NCBI GenBank assembly: GCA_035221665.1
Contig: CM069163.1
Location: forward strand, 17,856,001 to 17,920,000
DNA from: Okamejei kenojei
Lineage: Eukaryota
Direction: 5' to 3'
Length of the DNA: 64,000 nt
Made by a program: the position numbers and the translations under genes
Notes under the pieces: generated by a model
Told to the model about the DNA's origin: nothing
Database searches by the model: none
Seen by the model: only the letters and a program-made list of their open reading frames with translations
Shown: piece by piece, positions 51,176 to 63,864 of the stretch
Position numbering within the stretch: position 1 is the stretch's first letter
How the letters are laid out: every line of letters starts with the position of its first letter

Positions 51176-52479
51176 TCAGTTGCCCAGACTGAAATAATAG
51201 GTTAAAGTCTGTAAAGTGCAGCATGCATTCTATCCACAGAAAGTGCAAACCATATTCCTCTTTGTCAGTATGCATACTGACTCTCTTTCCCCAGTGTTCC
51301 AAAACATCACCCACCCTGGGGAGATTTTCCAGGTTAGTTCAGATTATATTTACTTGGATATTTAAGGAGCTCTGGGTGCTTGAAATTTTCATTTTCATTC
51401 TGTTAATTTTAACAGTTTGCTTATTGACCTATGTGTATATTTGTTTTCAAAAGAATGTAATATAATTTTCCATCTTAGTCATCTTGACGCGAGCTTTATA
51501 ACGAGCAGTGTCATGGAATTTCGCAAAAGAATGACCAACCCCCTATCCTGCTGTGAAGGCTTTTTATGCAGAACATCTACATCAGTGGAATTATTCTGAA
51601 ATTATAAAATTTCCTGATAATGGAGCCTTGTGTTTGTTGATTGTGCTTGTGCTATTGAAATTACCAGAATAATGTTTGCAGTCATTGGAGATCTGTGGAG
51701 ATGAGATACGTACATGAGCCTACTTGATAGTAGGGATGCGCACGGTAGGCCAAATGGCCTCCTTGCTGTATGACTGACACCAGCCCCACACTTTGTATTT
51801 CCAAGTAAAGTTGACACAGACTTATTACAGTATTGGGTAGTGATATGTTTGTACTAATTCAGCAGCAGCATGCTAAATAGAATTATCTCGCCTGCAGTAA
51901 AATTTATTTCTGTGAAGCAATTAATAGAAATAAAATGTTAGACGTTTATCTAATCTTTAACATGCAACGAAAGGCGTAGACCTCAAATAATTAGTTTTTT
52001 TTTGTTTTGTTCTTTAAATCTCAGCATTCAAGCTGAACGCCTGCTATTCTCACACTAATTACTAAAGTTCTGTCGGAGCAGTTTGAACAAAATATATTTT
52101 CATTCCAGGGAATAGATTAGTTTATGCACTGTGGATCCGTTCACTCCCTTTAGTACTTCACTTTGTCATTTATTCAGTATTTAATCAACATTATTTTCAC
52201 AGTGGTAAGGTCTGTTGCTTCCTGAAATGTTTTTCAGTTGATTCACTTATTCATAGTTTTTTCATCAGTCAATAAGAATCTTGGCTTCTCCTGAAGTCAT
52301 GGCTGTTCAGGACTTTGACTAGAAAGAGAGCTTCAGCATCCATCTCCGATATGCAACTTGCCCAATGGAAGTCAGTGAATTCTTGACTCAGACAGGATGA
52401 ATGAATATAACAGTAATAAGGCTAAATAAATTGCCACAGAAAATGCTTGCTTTATGTCATTTAGTACAAAAGTATAGTT

Positions 52480-53050
52480 TATCCACCGGAATTAAATAGC
52501 AAGTGCTCAGTGAATGGCAAGACTGGGGAGAGTTGTAGAGCAGAAGGATCTAGGAGTGCAGGTTTGTAGTTACAGGTAGACAGGGTGATCAAGAAGACTT
52601 TGGTACATTGGCTTTCATCATTCATGGCATTGAGTATAGAAGTGAGGATGCTATGTTACAGTTCTATAACACATTGTTGAGGCCACTCAACTGTTAAGTT
52701 TTGGTCATCCTGCTATACGAAGGATTTTGTTAAGCTGGAAAGTAGAAGATTTGTGAGGATGTTGCCAAGACTTGAAGGCCTGAGCTATGGGGAGAGGCTG
52801 AGTTTGGAGCACAGGAGGTTGAGGACTGATCTTATAGAGGTTTATATTTCACAGAGGGTGGTGGGTGCATGGAACGAGTTGCCAGAGGACGTCATTGAGG
52901 CAGTTGCTATAACAACATTTAAAAGTCTTGGACGGGCACATGTATAAGAAAGGTTTAGAGTAATATGTGGTTGTGTTGGCTGGTAGGATTAGTGTAGATG
53001 GGGATTTTTGGTCTGTGGTATTTAGTCTATCAGAGGAAATTCTGTTTGCC
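52480..53050 (+). mobile_element. Decayed CR1 fragment
   Basis: RMLPRLEGLSYGERL..LEHRRLRTDLIEVY..QRVVGAWNELP. Confidence 0.85.
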
Positions 53051-56000
53051 ATACTTCAGCAACAGACTCCCCAGCAAAAGTAATGCCCTCTCTTTAATTT
53101 GTGCATGACCAGGTGGTCTTTCTCTTTTTCCTCACATTTGTCTGCTTCTGTGTTACAGCAGCAGAATCAGTTGTGCGTTGCATACTGATTGAAAGTCACT
53201 GGTGGTTTCTACGCAGAGGCATGTCACGTGCATGGAAACCAGCCATTGAACTTCATATTGCCCACCAGTGCTAGATTCTACATCGCAAATCAATTACAGA
53301 ACGTTAGAAAGCATGTTACATAGAAATTTCAGGACATTGTGGGTGAAATGTCTTAAGTTGAAGTACAAAGTGTACAATAGCCCATTGTACACCTGACAGT
53401 TTTCTTTTGCACTACCTGCTAAATTAAATGTATTTTACTCCAGAAAAGAACAAAATCGTTTGGATTCAACAGAACACATTTTATGGAAACAAAAACCTCA
53501 CTGATATGTTGAGTGTATTTCAAACCAGTATTTCAAACCATATGTGCTGTGCTCATTTCACCTGAAGACTCTGTAATCTGGCAGAAGCAAAAACGTAGGA
53601 TTATTTATCGAATCCCTGTTCAAGCTTTTTCTGCAGTCAAAAATGGGCTACAAAAATGCTCTGATCAGTGACTTTTAGCAGTGAAACCAACACACCTTTC
53701 CGTTAAATGAATTCAGGGATGTAGTTTCCACTGAAAATACCTGCTGCCTATTCCAGAGATCCAATTTTCTTGTAAAATAACCAACATTTATCCAATTTGT
53801 AAAATTTGTTAAACTCGAGATTCATAACATCATGTTTTGTACTATCAAGTAGTTTCTTGAATATATAATGCATTTCCACAGATTGCACAAAACCAAATTG
53901 AGTTTCTCTCTCAGGTGTGCTTTCTTTAAAGAAAACACCAACCTCATTCCTAATATCTGGTTGTATTATGCTGGTTTATATTTTATCAAAATGTATATAT
54001 TGTTAGGATAAACATTACATTCTGTGCCCGGCTCTCTTAAAAGAATGAAAATGGACTATTTCAGGTTAAATTTCTTTCCCAGGTCTTCAGTTAAGTCTTG
54101 GAACCAAAGGACTTTAGGCCAAGTGCTGGTCTTTTACTTTTGGGGATTGCTGATGCAAAGTTGATGTGGCAGTTCAATATTGACATTTTACCTGGAGAAT
54201 CAGTGGTTCTGATTAGATCAGGTTGTGTGAGACCAGAGACTTGAAATTCGAGAGGGATACATTTCAACCATTTTGTTTTTTAAAGTGAGGAAATTCTCAA
54301 CCTAATGTTTTTAAAGAACAGCTGATATGAAAAATCATTAAATTAGTTACTTGTGATTTTCATGCCCATCCACTTTTTATTGCGTGATGCACTGACTTCT
54401 GAGCAGCAGGCAGGCATTGAACAACAATTCAGGATAAATGTGCTGGGTTTGCTGCGTGGCATTCTTTTCTTCCTTCGTGATAGCTTGTTTATACTCTTGT
54501 CATATTTAAGTTTATCATCATCATTCTTCATGTACACTGCCAACAGCATCAGCAGCAAAATGGCTGCAAATTAACTATTACTTTACTGGTGTATGTATTT
54601 GGTGTGACCCGACAAGGGGTCTTTAAATGTTTGAGAATCTGGCATGACTTGATTTGAAATGTTGAACTCTTATGCACTGTACAGTAGCAAATTAACTCGA
54701 GGGGCCTAGCCCTGAACATTGATAGATTTGTGACACTGCTGGTTGATCAAGCAACAATGCATCCCGTAGTTGGTACTAAATGTTTGGCAAATTGTTAACT
54801 TTGTCATCTTTTTCCTGTTCAGGTTTTTGTATTGCCAGTAATGTCATGGGCTGAAGATATTTGTATAGTTTTTTTTTTTTTAAATCTGATGACCTTAAAG
54901 CATTAACTCAGCACATTATCTGGTCTTCTATAGCACTGAGTATAACATTTATTGAGGTGTTATTTGGGCTGATTTTGTACCGAGCTGAGCATGATTGTTA
55001 TTCCTACATTCGTACTAACATTACTGTTCATGGTTAGCTGAATATGGTATGTATAAGGCTAAATGAATCAAAAACATGTTGGAAAGAAAATGGGCAGTGA
55101 GCTGTGAAAGAGCAGATCGGGCAGTGAATGTGGAGAGAAAATACTGAGCTAATACTGCAGATGAATAATCTTGCAGCAGATCTGGCCGGTACTGATACCA
55201 GCAGGAAATCTCAAACCGTCATCTCAAACTATTAATTTTGATATTGAAACCCGAAGTTTGTCAGCTTCCCGGAGGCAGGATTAGATGTGGATTCTTGAGC
55301 TTGTGTTGAACCTAGTTGGGATGGGATAGTATTCGTACGGGACATTCTGCGATGTTCCCCGAAGCCTGAGGAATGGCACCTCATCTTCTGACCACAGTCA
55401 TTAGGATACATCAGTTTCAGATAACTTGCTGTGAACCGAGCAGAACATCTGCAAATATCAACTTGATTTCCCTCTCTCTGCAGACGCTGTTTGGTCTGTT
55501 GGGAATTCCAATGATTTCAGACCTCACGAAACATGTTTCGCCTGCATTTCATAACTCCTACATGTCCCTGTGTTTGTTTTCTCTCCAACTTCCCTCTTCA
55601 ATCTTTCAATTAGATTGTTTCAGAGACAGCAGTCATCTCAACAAGCCTGGTTTCGCCCTTTGTCCAATGCGTTCCTCCTCCACCCTCTCACTTTCCACTT
55701 CTGATGAAGAGGGCATCGAAATAAACCATTAAGTCCGTTTCTCTTTCCAGAATTGTTGCCTGACCTGCTGAGTGTTTGTTATTTCAATAAGTGTTTACAT
55801 CTAGCTTCCCCAACAGCTCATTGGGTAAAAGTATTTTCTAGTACAGTATTAAACAGTTCAGCCAAGCTCACTGGTTTAATTCCTGGACCATGCTTGAGTC
55901 ACTGAGATCATGAGACACTGCAGTAAAGGTGCATCAAAGCTCTGTCTAGATTTGATCAGTCCACTGATCTCATGGGTAAAGTTACTGAGGACTGCAGGTG

Positions 56001-56529
56001 CCTGTGTAAACATTTAAGAATTAATATCTTCAGGAAAAGTGCAACCTAACTTGTGTCACAATTTGTGTTAATGTTCCTTTGAAGAGCAGCCATTGAAAAA
56101 CCTCTGTACTGAACTCTGCACTCTTTGCTACTTTCTGATCATGTCATGAGCCAATGCCAGAGACAAGATGCACCTCCATTAATTTTGCGCAGTTCCAATT
56201 GTCTGGTTTGACCGCATGTCCCAGTTTGTCTTCATGTTAAATATCTGAACTTATGTGAGCAATGTATTGCATGTGATATGTGAAGCACTGATTATACAGC
56301 AATATTTGAGCAAATAAGGTCAATAAAATCTTGAAGGCGTGATCTTACGTATTTTGACTTTTTTATTTTTAATGTTTTTTTCTTTCTAACTTGCCAGTTC
56401 CTAGAAGTGGCTATCTTCAGTTGTGAAGCTCAAGACAAGTTCTTGGAAATTGCACTGCAGGCCATTGTCAGTTGTGCCAAGAACAGCAGATAAATACTGC
56501 CTCCGGGACCCGTTAATCTTTGCTCACTT

Positions 56530-56720
56530 GGTTTAACCGGAGGAAGCTATCGAAGTAGATGCAGTTACGACTTTTAAAGGACATTGGACAGATATATGTT
56601 TACGAGGAGTTTAGAGGACTATGTGCCACATGGAGCCAAATGGAACAAGTCCAATGTGCCTACAGTTAGCATAGCATCGACAAGGTGGGCCGAAGGGTCT
56701 TTTCCATGCTGACACAGGTC
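56530..56720 (+). mobile_element. CR1 3' end fragment
   Basis: cttttaaaggacattggacagatatatg...gtgggccgaagggtcttttccatgctg matches the CR1 3' ends elsewhere in the window. Confidence 0.65.
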
Positions 56721-57552
56721 TCTGACACGGGGACTTAATAACAAAGACAGTTTGCATTTATATATTCGCTTTTATATGGTAAAGTGCTACAGGGGTGTCA
56801 TTAGACAATGAGCAATTAAACAGCAGCCTGTATGATATCAATAATCAGTGGTAAAGATCTACGTTTTCCACAATATTGAGAGACTGTTTGGTTTAAGGAG
56901 AGATCTTAAGAGTTAGAAAACTTGGATCTCTTTGCAAATGATTAGCCTGAAAGAGATTACAGGGTTATGGAGGGACCATACAATGGAAGGATTTGAATTT
57001 TAAATCCAGGTGATAATGGACGTTCAGCAAATGCAAATCAATGAACATGGATCTGATGAATGAATGGGACTTAGTCCGTTACGGTATGAATTGCAGAAAC
57101 ATTCTGGAGATTGTTTTAGGTGCAGATTCAACAAGATTATGTCTATTCAATGTGTAAAAGGGAGGGTTAATCCAGTATAGATTTTACAGGTGTGCCCAGC
57201 ACTTTTATCAATTTGCCTTTTATTTCATACTACTTACATTCAAAGGTTCTGACTGCTGTTTGCAGCATTGGAACCAAAACGTCGTGTATCTGCACCACTG
57301 ACGGAAAGCCTGAATCCTTGCAATCTGGGGCATGAGTGCTTTTGGGTTGGTAGTTTAGTCGTCAGTTGAAGGAAAGGTAATTTTAGTAAAGAAGATCATA
57401 CAGTCTTTTAATCTTAAATGATTTATGCTGTACATATTGTTGTACAAAGCAATTTATGCTATATGCAGAAAACATTTTTTATTTGGCTTGTCCGCTGATT
57501 TGACCAAAAAGCTTTCTAACCCAAAGAACTAATTACAACTAGCCTTAAATGA

Positions 57553-57638
57553 AGAAGGTCTCGACCCGAAACGTCGCCTATCTCCTTCGCTCCTTAGATG
57601 CTGCTGCACCCGCTGAGTTTCTCCAGCTTTTTGTGTAC
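57553..57638 (+). mobile_element. Solo Penelope-derived unit truncated within the hammerhead core
   Basis: TSD ccttaaatga at 57543-57552 and 57639-57648. (tga)agaaggtctcgacccgaaacgtc is followed by the family tail. Confidence 0.8.
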
Positions 57639-60559
57639 CCTTAAATGATACTTGTTGCTCCCAGAGTCAATGGTTTGGTCTTTCCCTCCTGTGTGGTGAA
57701 AAAAAACCCAATTACTGAGTCTGCTGTTCCTATCATTGGAAAAAGCTATCTTCCGACAATTCAATGACTCTTCATGCTATCAAGATGTTGAATACAGCAA
57801 AGGTGCTGGGTCCACTTAACATCCCAGCTGTAATGCTGATGCCTTATACTACAGAACTAGCCAGGCCTTTAGCCAAGGTGTCACAGAACAGAATGCATCA
57901 ACTTGACCATGTGAAAAATTGGTGCAGGTGGAACATACATGGGCAATGTGAGAAATGCAATCTGTGTTCTGCCGTTACTTTAGTCTGTTCTGGGTATTTC
58001 ATCAGCTTGCTATCATGTGGCACTTGCTCCTCAATAACCTCCTCTGTAATATTCAGTTTCGGTTTGCCAGAATCATCACGCTCCAGAATTTATTAAAGCT
58101 TTGGTAAAAAAAAAACAGTGCTGCTTTTTTGTGGACAAAAAAAATATCTTTAAAGATAAAAAAAAGTTCACTCAATTAACTGCTGTACATCAATCTAGTT
58201 TAGAACGTTCTATAGGTGCCGGTACACTAACACAGCACATGCAGTCACAAAAAAACACTGGTCCAAACCTGAAAGAGCTGAACCCCAAAGACAAAGTAAG
58301 AGCCCTGACAAAAGGACCCTGTTTACATACGAGTGACATCAGGTTTGCACAAACTTGAAGTCATTGGGAATCATCAAATACAGCCCATCTAAAATATATA
58401 ATTTCCTTCTGGTGATTTTTATCTATGTTGATGCATTTTTTGGCTGTGGTTAACTTGATATTGGAGGTCGAGTGTTTAATATTATTTCAGCTGACGGAAG
58501 TTTAATTCGCTGTTTAGAAGATGATTACCATCTTTAGAAGGTTTTCTTTGCACTTAAACTTTTTTAGCAGCTAATACTCCACAAATCTCACAAATCCACA
58601 AAGAGAGTTAATTGCATTATGTTCAGGATGTTACATTTGACAGAAATATGTGCTGAAGTAAAGCTCAGTTAAACTCGCTGAGAGCAATTTTTTGAGAATG
58701 GATACCATGTGCATCACTTTATTGTTAGTAAATTTCTCTTCCCCATCTCATTTATCCAAACCCTTCCCTCCCCAGAAACACCCGCTAGCCTTTTCAGTTA
58801 ATTGATGCTATCGCTTCTCTCACCAGCTGTGCTGGCTTATCCTACATTCTCATCATCCTTTGGGTTTGAAAGCTTCACCAAACTTTCTTCTAAAGTTTGA
58901 GTTTTCCACTAGTATTGCCAGCATTGGGGTTGTATAAAATCTGCAATAACTCCCTTCCCACTCCTGCACTGGTACGTCTGGTGTCTCCAGAGGTGCATCC
59001 TTGATCCTCAGACATTGTTCACCCCTGTGCCACACATCCAAAAATACTGCACCATTTTTGTATGTATTCCAGATCCACCAGTTCCACCTCAGTAACACCT
59101 ATGTGATCACCTCCATTCCAAATGATATTCAAAGTTTAGTGTTTTCCCAACATCCATTAATGCAAAATTTATTCGTTAACTATTGTAGGCCCCTTACAAA
59201 GTTCTGTACAATCTGTTCTTTTCCTCTCCTGAGCAATGAGGCAATAGCAGACTGCAGCACTAACATCATGTCTGATGCAGAGATGAGCTTAAATCCCAGC
59301 CGATATTGCTCAGTCTGTTTATTTCCATCCCTGTGACTCTGCCTGTACTCGATTTCTGCTTGAGCTCATATGCTGTGGAAATTCTCGGCCCGGCTTTGGT
59401 AACCTCCAGACCTGCACCATTTATTGTTGCCAATCACATCAATATTTCACTTTACCAATTAATGTTGACTTTTGGTCATTTAAAAAAAAAGTAATCTTGT
59501 TCACTCAGGCCTTCAGATGCGCAGTAATGGGGATAAATTGGAACAGTATGAGCAAGGCGTGTGTCCGGTCACTCAGCAACAGGAAATAAGTCGTAAGTTG
59601 AAACGGGGTACAGGAACAAATCACCAGGATGTTACCTGGGCTTCCAGCCTTGAGTTATACAGAAAGGTTGGAGGGGGTGGGGGTGACTTTATTGAGGTGC
59701 ACCAGATCATGAGGGGCATTGATTAAGTGAACACTCAGTCTTTCCCAGAGTAGATCATTCTGAAACTCCAATTTGAATACATTTAATCATTGGCTTAACG
59801 TGAGAAGAGAGACATTTAAGGGGGACCTTGGGCAACTTTTCACTCAGCAGGTAGTCCATATCTGGAAGGAGCTGCTGATCCTAACAATGGTGTTCATTTT
59901 TCTTGAAAGAGTTGCAGTGTAAAACCTACACTGGTCACCAGGTGGCAGAGTATCACTAATTTATGGTTACCTAGTAATTTATTGTATTGATTATTATATA
60001 ATCAATAATAATTGATTATTTTATATATAATAATCAATAATGCATAAAATTAAAGATTCTGTTCTGTTAAGCTGCAACAATTAAGAATGTTATTGTTCCA
60101 TTGCCAGTACATATGACAATTAAACTCTTTTGACTTTTGACTTCAAATTCCGATGCCACGTCTTGCTTTGCATTCTAGTTTTCTTGTTGTTTTATCACCT
60201 TTGGGTCACGCTGCCACTTGCAGAAGCAGCCACGAGCAAGTTTGCTTTATGGATTGTCAACCACCCCACATCTCGATCCCATGATAGTGTCCTGATGTAT
60301 TTGTAGTCGAGACATCTGGAGTTTTCCAACAATTTCTTCCCCCTCTGGAGAACATTCACTGTGTGCTCTTGTCTTGGAACTTCCCAAACTGATTTGTAAA
60401 AGTCAGCCAAGATTGAATAATGGTTTTTGCTGTGGTTCAAAGCATCTTCTGCAGTAGGAGCCGCCAGCTGGTCACTACGTCAGGTGTCAGGGCAGAGAGT
60501 GCAGTGAATTGGCAATGCAGACCTGCTCATGAATGCCAGTGATCCAACGATACAAGTAA

Positions 60560-61045
60560 CAAATCTCTCCCCTCTCACCGTATGTCTATGCGCTCCAGTT
60601 TTAAAACCCTCTACCCTGGGGAAAAAGACTGCAAGCTACCACTTTAGGCCTCAATAAGGTCACCTCTCAGTCTCCTATGCATTGAAGAAAAAAAGTTCCA
60701 GCCCATCCCACCTCTCCCTAAGACTCAAGCCCAAGTAATGTCCTGGTAAATCTCTTCTGCACCCTTTCCAACTTGCAATCCTTTACATTCATCTCTTGAA
60801 GGTGGCTCTTCTGACAATTAGCAGTCTCTTAGTGCTGAACTGGAGTCATAGAGTGATACAGTGTGGAAACAGGCCTTTCGGTCGAACTTGCCCACACCGG
60901 CCAACAATGTCCCAGCTACACTAGTCCCACGTGCCTGTGCTTGGTCCATATCCCTCCAAACCTGTCCTATCCATGTACCTGTCTAACTGTTTCTTAAACG
61001 ATGGGATAGTCCCAGCCTCAACTACCTCTTCTGGCAGCTTGTTGC
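60560..61045 (-). mobile_element. CR1 fragments (about 60560-60780 and a 3' end at 60845-61045)
   Basis: Reverse complement of CR1 ORF2/3'UTR motifs (ccatatccctccaaacctgtcctatccatgtacctgtctaa; cccagcctcaactacctc). Confidence 0.75.
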
Positions 61046-61467
61046 CTGGCGTGATGGTGGTTAAGATGCTTCTAGATAGATACATGGATATGCAAGGAAC
61101 GGAGAGACATGGGTCATGCGCAGGCAGACGTGAATAATTGCACTAGGCTTTGTTTTTGGCACAGACATTGTGGGCTCCGAGCTGATCCCAAGGGGATGGA
61201 AGCAGCTCAGTTACATGTCGGGAACTCACATTATCCAGAGTTGTCATCAGTTGCCCCAGTGAAAAGAGGAGGGCTGGTACCCCTCCCATGCGCTGTGGCT
61301 TTGACCTGGCCCAGCACAGGGCTGTCCCTTCATTCCGGGCATCATAAAGATCAAGCCCGCAAACTAGGAAAGGGAATGAGAGAATATGACAAATGAGGTA
61401 AATGCAGAAATGAACCAAAATTGGAAATTAAATAATTTACATTTTGAAAGGGGGCATGTTAACTTGT

Positions 61468-61665
61468 GGAACTCTGTGCTGGAGGAACTTTGCAGGTCGG
61501 GTAGCATCTGAGGGGGAAAACGAACAGACGACATTTCAAGTAGGGATGCTTCAGCCCCAAAATGTCGTCAGTCCATCCCCTCCACGGACGCCGCCTGACC
61601 GGCAAAGTTCCTCCAGCACTTTGCGTTTTGTTCAAAATTCTAGCATCTGCAGTTCCTTATGTCTT
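61468..61665. mobile_element. Fold-back Penelope-derived unit
   Basis: gtgctggaggaactttgcaggtcgg and cctgaccggcaaagttcctccagcac form inverted arms. Confidence 0.7.
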
Positions 61666-63049
61666 GTTATATGAATGTTAGACGTTCTGAGTGAAGCAAG
61701 TAAGAGTTCGAAGGCTTGTTCCAAATAACCAATGTCAATGAGAAGTGTCAGAATGTAAAAAGAAGTGGATTTGCTGAGAAGTGTCAGTGGTTTGAATCTC
61801 AACCTGCGCTGGGCTGCATCGCAGCAGAGGGGCTGAATGTAACCCGAGGCACAGCTTCACCTGCGGCTACTGGCAGAGAACTGGACATTTGTCTTCTCCG
61901 TCCTTGCTCAGGATATTAATGAGGTCTCTGAGCAATTCCACAGACCCTAACAACTGCCTCTGCCTTCCCCGACCGGTTTGTCCCACAGCCTCCAGGATAG
62001 TCATAAAAGAGTTAATGTCTGAACTGTTCTTCTCTGTGACAATAGATAATATAACTTGGCTAACAAGGAATCCTGAAGATAGTGTATGTCCGACTTGGGT
62101 GTCCTTCATCCCATGGAATGAACAAAGCAAAAAATAATTATATTCTTGGATTCCCCCAGAGGCTAGTATGGGGGTGATTATAAGCGCAAGCAGAGAGAAT
62201 TAATTATTTCTATCATTCTTCATGTCCTCTTAACAATGTTAAATAGTAAACATATTCCAGAAAGCATTAAAATGAAGATGTAAGTCTCTCCCAAAGTGCA
62301 TTCTGCAAGGACTATTTTAATCTGTTATAGTAAGCAATATTGCTCCTTAGTTCTGGGACATAAACATGATTCATCTTCTCAGACAGTAAGAATCTAACGT
62401 CGTCATTCTCCTAATTTAAAATGTCAAAGTTGCTCTCTGACAATTAATCCAGCCCACCCTGGGCTGAGGTGAAGGGGCACCTCGTGCTCAGACTGAAATC
62501 TGAGCAATGGCTACATCAGTGAGTTGAGACTTAACATGAGAGCCCTGCAGCAATGGATCATTTTTTTCACCGGCCTCTCAGCCAGATAAGTGCCTCTGCG
62601 GCAGGAAGGGGTGTACGGTAAATGGCAACATTTCACGAGTGCCCCATAAATTTTATAATGTTGTATTGTTGCAATAGTCATCATTTACTGTGGTGATCCC
62701 CAGGAATCTCACACCTCTGTGAGACTTTATTCCCTAGAATTCATATCTGCCATTCCCAGGACAAGCTTTTCATTCCAATTACATCAGCATAGCATCAATC
62801 TTCCTTTACATGGATTCCTGCAGCAAATGGTTCCAGGGGTTTTTTTTTTTTTAAAACATTGGTTTTCAATGTGTAATGGTGTGAGGGCATTAGTATATGG
62901 AGCCTTCAGAGCAGACACAACAAGCCATGGGCGTGTTCTTCAGCATGAGGCCCATGACCATGGAATGTACCAGTCTGCAACATTCATTGGCAGACAGCTC
63001 CTCGCAAAGTAAACCCATGTCCCTGAGAAAGACATCCTTAAAGTTGTAG

Positions 63050-63290
63050 AGTTGTACAGGGTGGAAACAAACCCTTTGGCTCACTTTGTCCGTGTCAAAC
63101 GAGTTTGTGAACTGGGCTAGTCCCATTTGGCCGCTAGATCTCTAAACCCTTCCTGTCGATATATCTGTCCAAAATGACTTAAATATTGCAATTGTATTTG
63201 TTTCTATAGCTTCTTCTGACAGCTCCTTCCGAATACGTGCGGCCCTCTAAGTGAAAAAGTTGATCATGAGGTCCCCCTACTCTTAAATCT
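63050..63290 (-). mobile_element. CR1 3' end fragment
   Basis: tggaaacaaaccctttggc...tctaaacccttcctgtcgatatatctgtcc is the reverse complement of a CR1 3' end. Confidence 0.65.
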
Positions 63291-63725
63291 CTACAGCAGG
63301 CAGGTTTGCCAGTGGTACACGGGTGGGTTTAAAATAAACAGTGGGGGGGTGGAGTCAACAACGTGGAAGCGTACGCGTGCAGTTAACGGGAAAGAGTGTA
63401 GGAAAGGTCACGTTTAAACTAACAGGGCAGGGGGATGGGAACCAATGCAGGGAGAGAGAGGAAAGGAAGACATAAGTAAAAGGTAGAAGGGAGATAGGAA
63501 AAACAAACTTGAAAGCTTTGTGCCTTAATGTGAGGAGCTTTCGTAATAAGGTGGATGAATTGAACGTGCAGTTAGTAGTTAAGGAATATGATATAGTTGG
63601 AATTACAGAGACATGGCTCCAGGGTGACCAAGGCTGGGAGCTAAATATGCAGGGGTATTCAATATTCAGGAAGGATAGACAGAAAAGAAGAGGAGGTGGA
63701 ATTGCTGGTTAAAGAGGAGATTAAT

Positions 63726-63779
63726 GGGGTGGGAGGTTGCAACCTTCATATGGTCCGCCCTGTTTCAACGAATGCAATC
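63726..63779 (+). ncRNA. Minimal HDV-like ribozyme motif
   Basis: P1 GGGGTGG/CCGCCCT with first-pair G.U, P2 GGTTGCA/TGCAATC, P3 ACC/GGT, 7-nt L3 TTCATAT, J4/2 CGAA. Confidence 0.78.
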
Positions 63780-63864
63780 GACCTGGTGTGCACAATCAAA
63801 TAAGATCAAATAGAACAAGTTGTCCTACAACTTTAGGCTGTGCACGCCACACGCAAGAAGAAGA
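63726..63864 (+). mobile_element. Short non-autonomous retroposon with (AAG)n tail and 5' HDV-like ribozyme
   Basis: TSD aggagattaat(g) at 63715-63726 and 63865-63876. Tail gcaagaagaaga. No tRNA A/B boxes seen. Confidence 0.85.
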
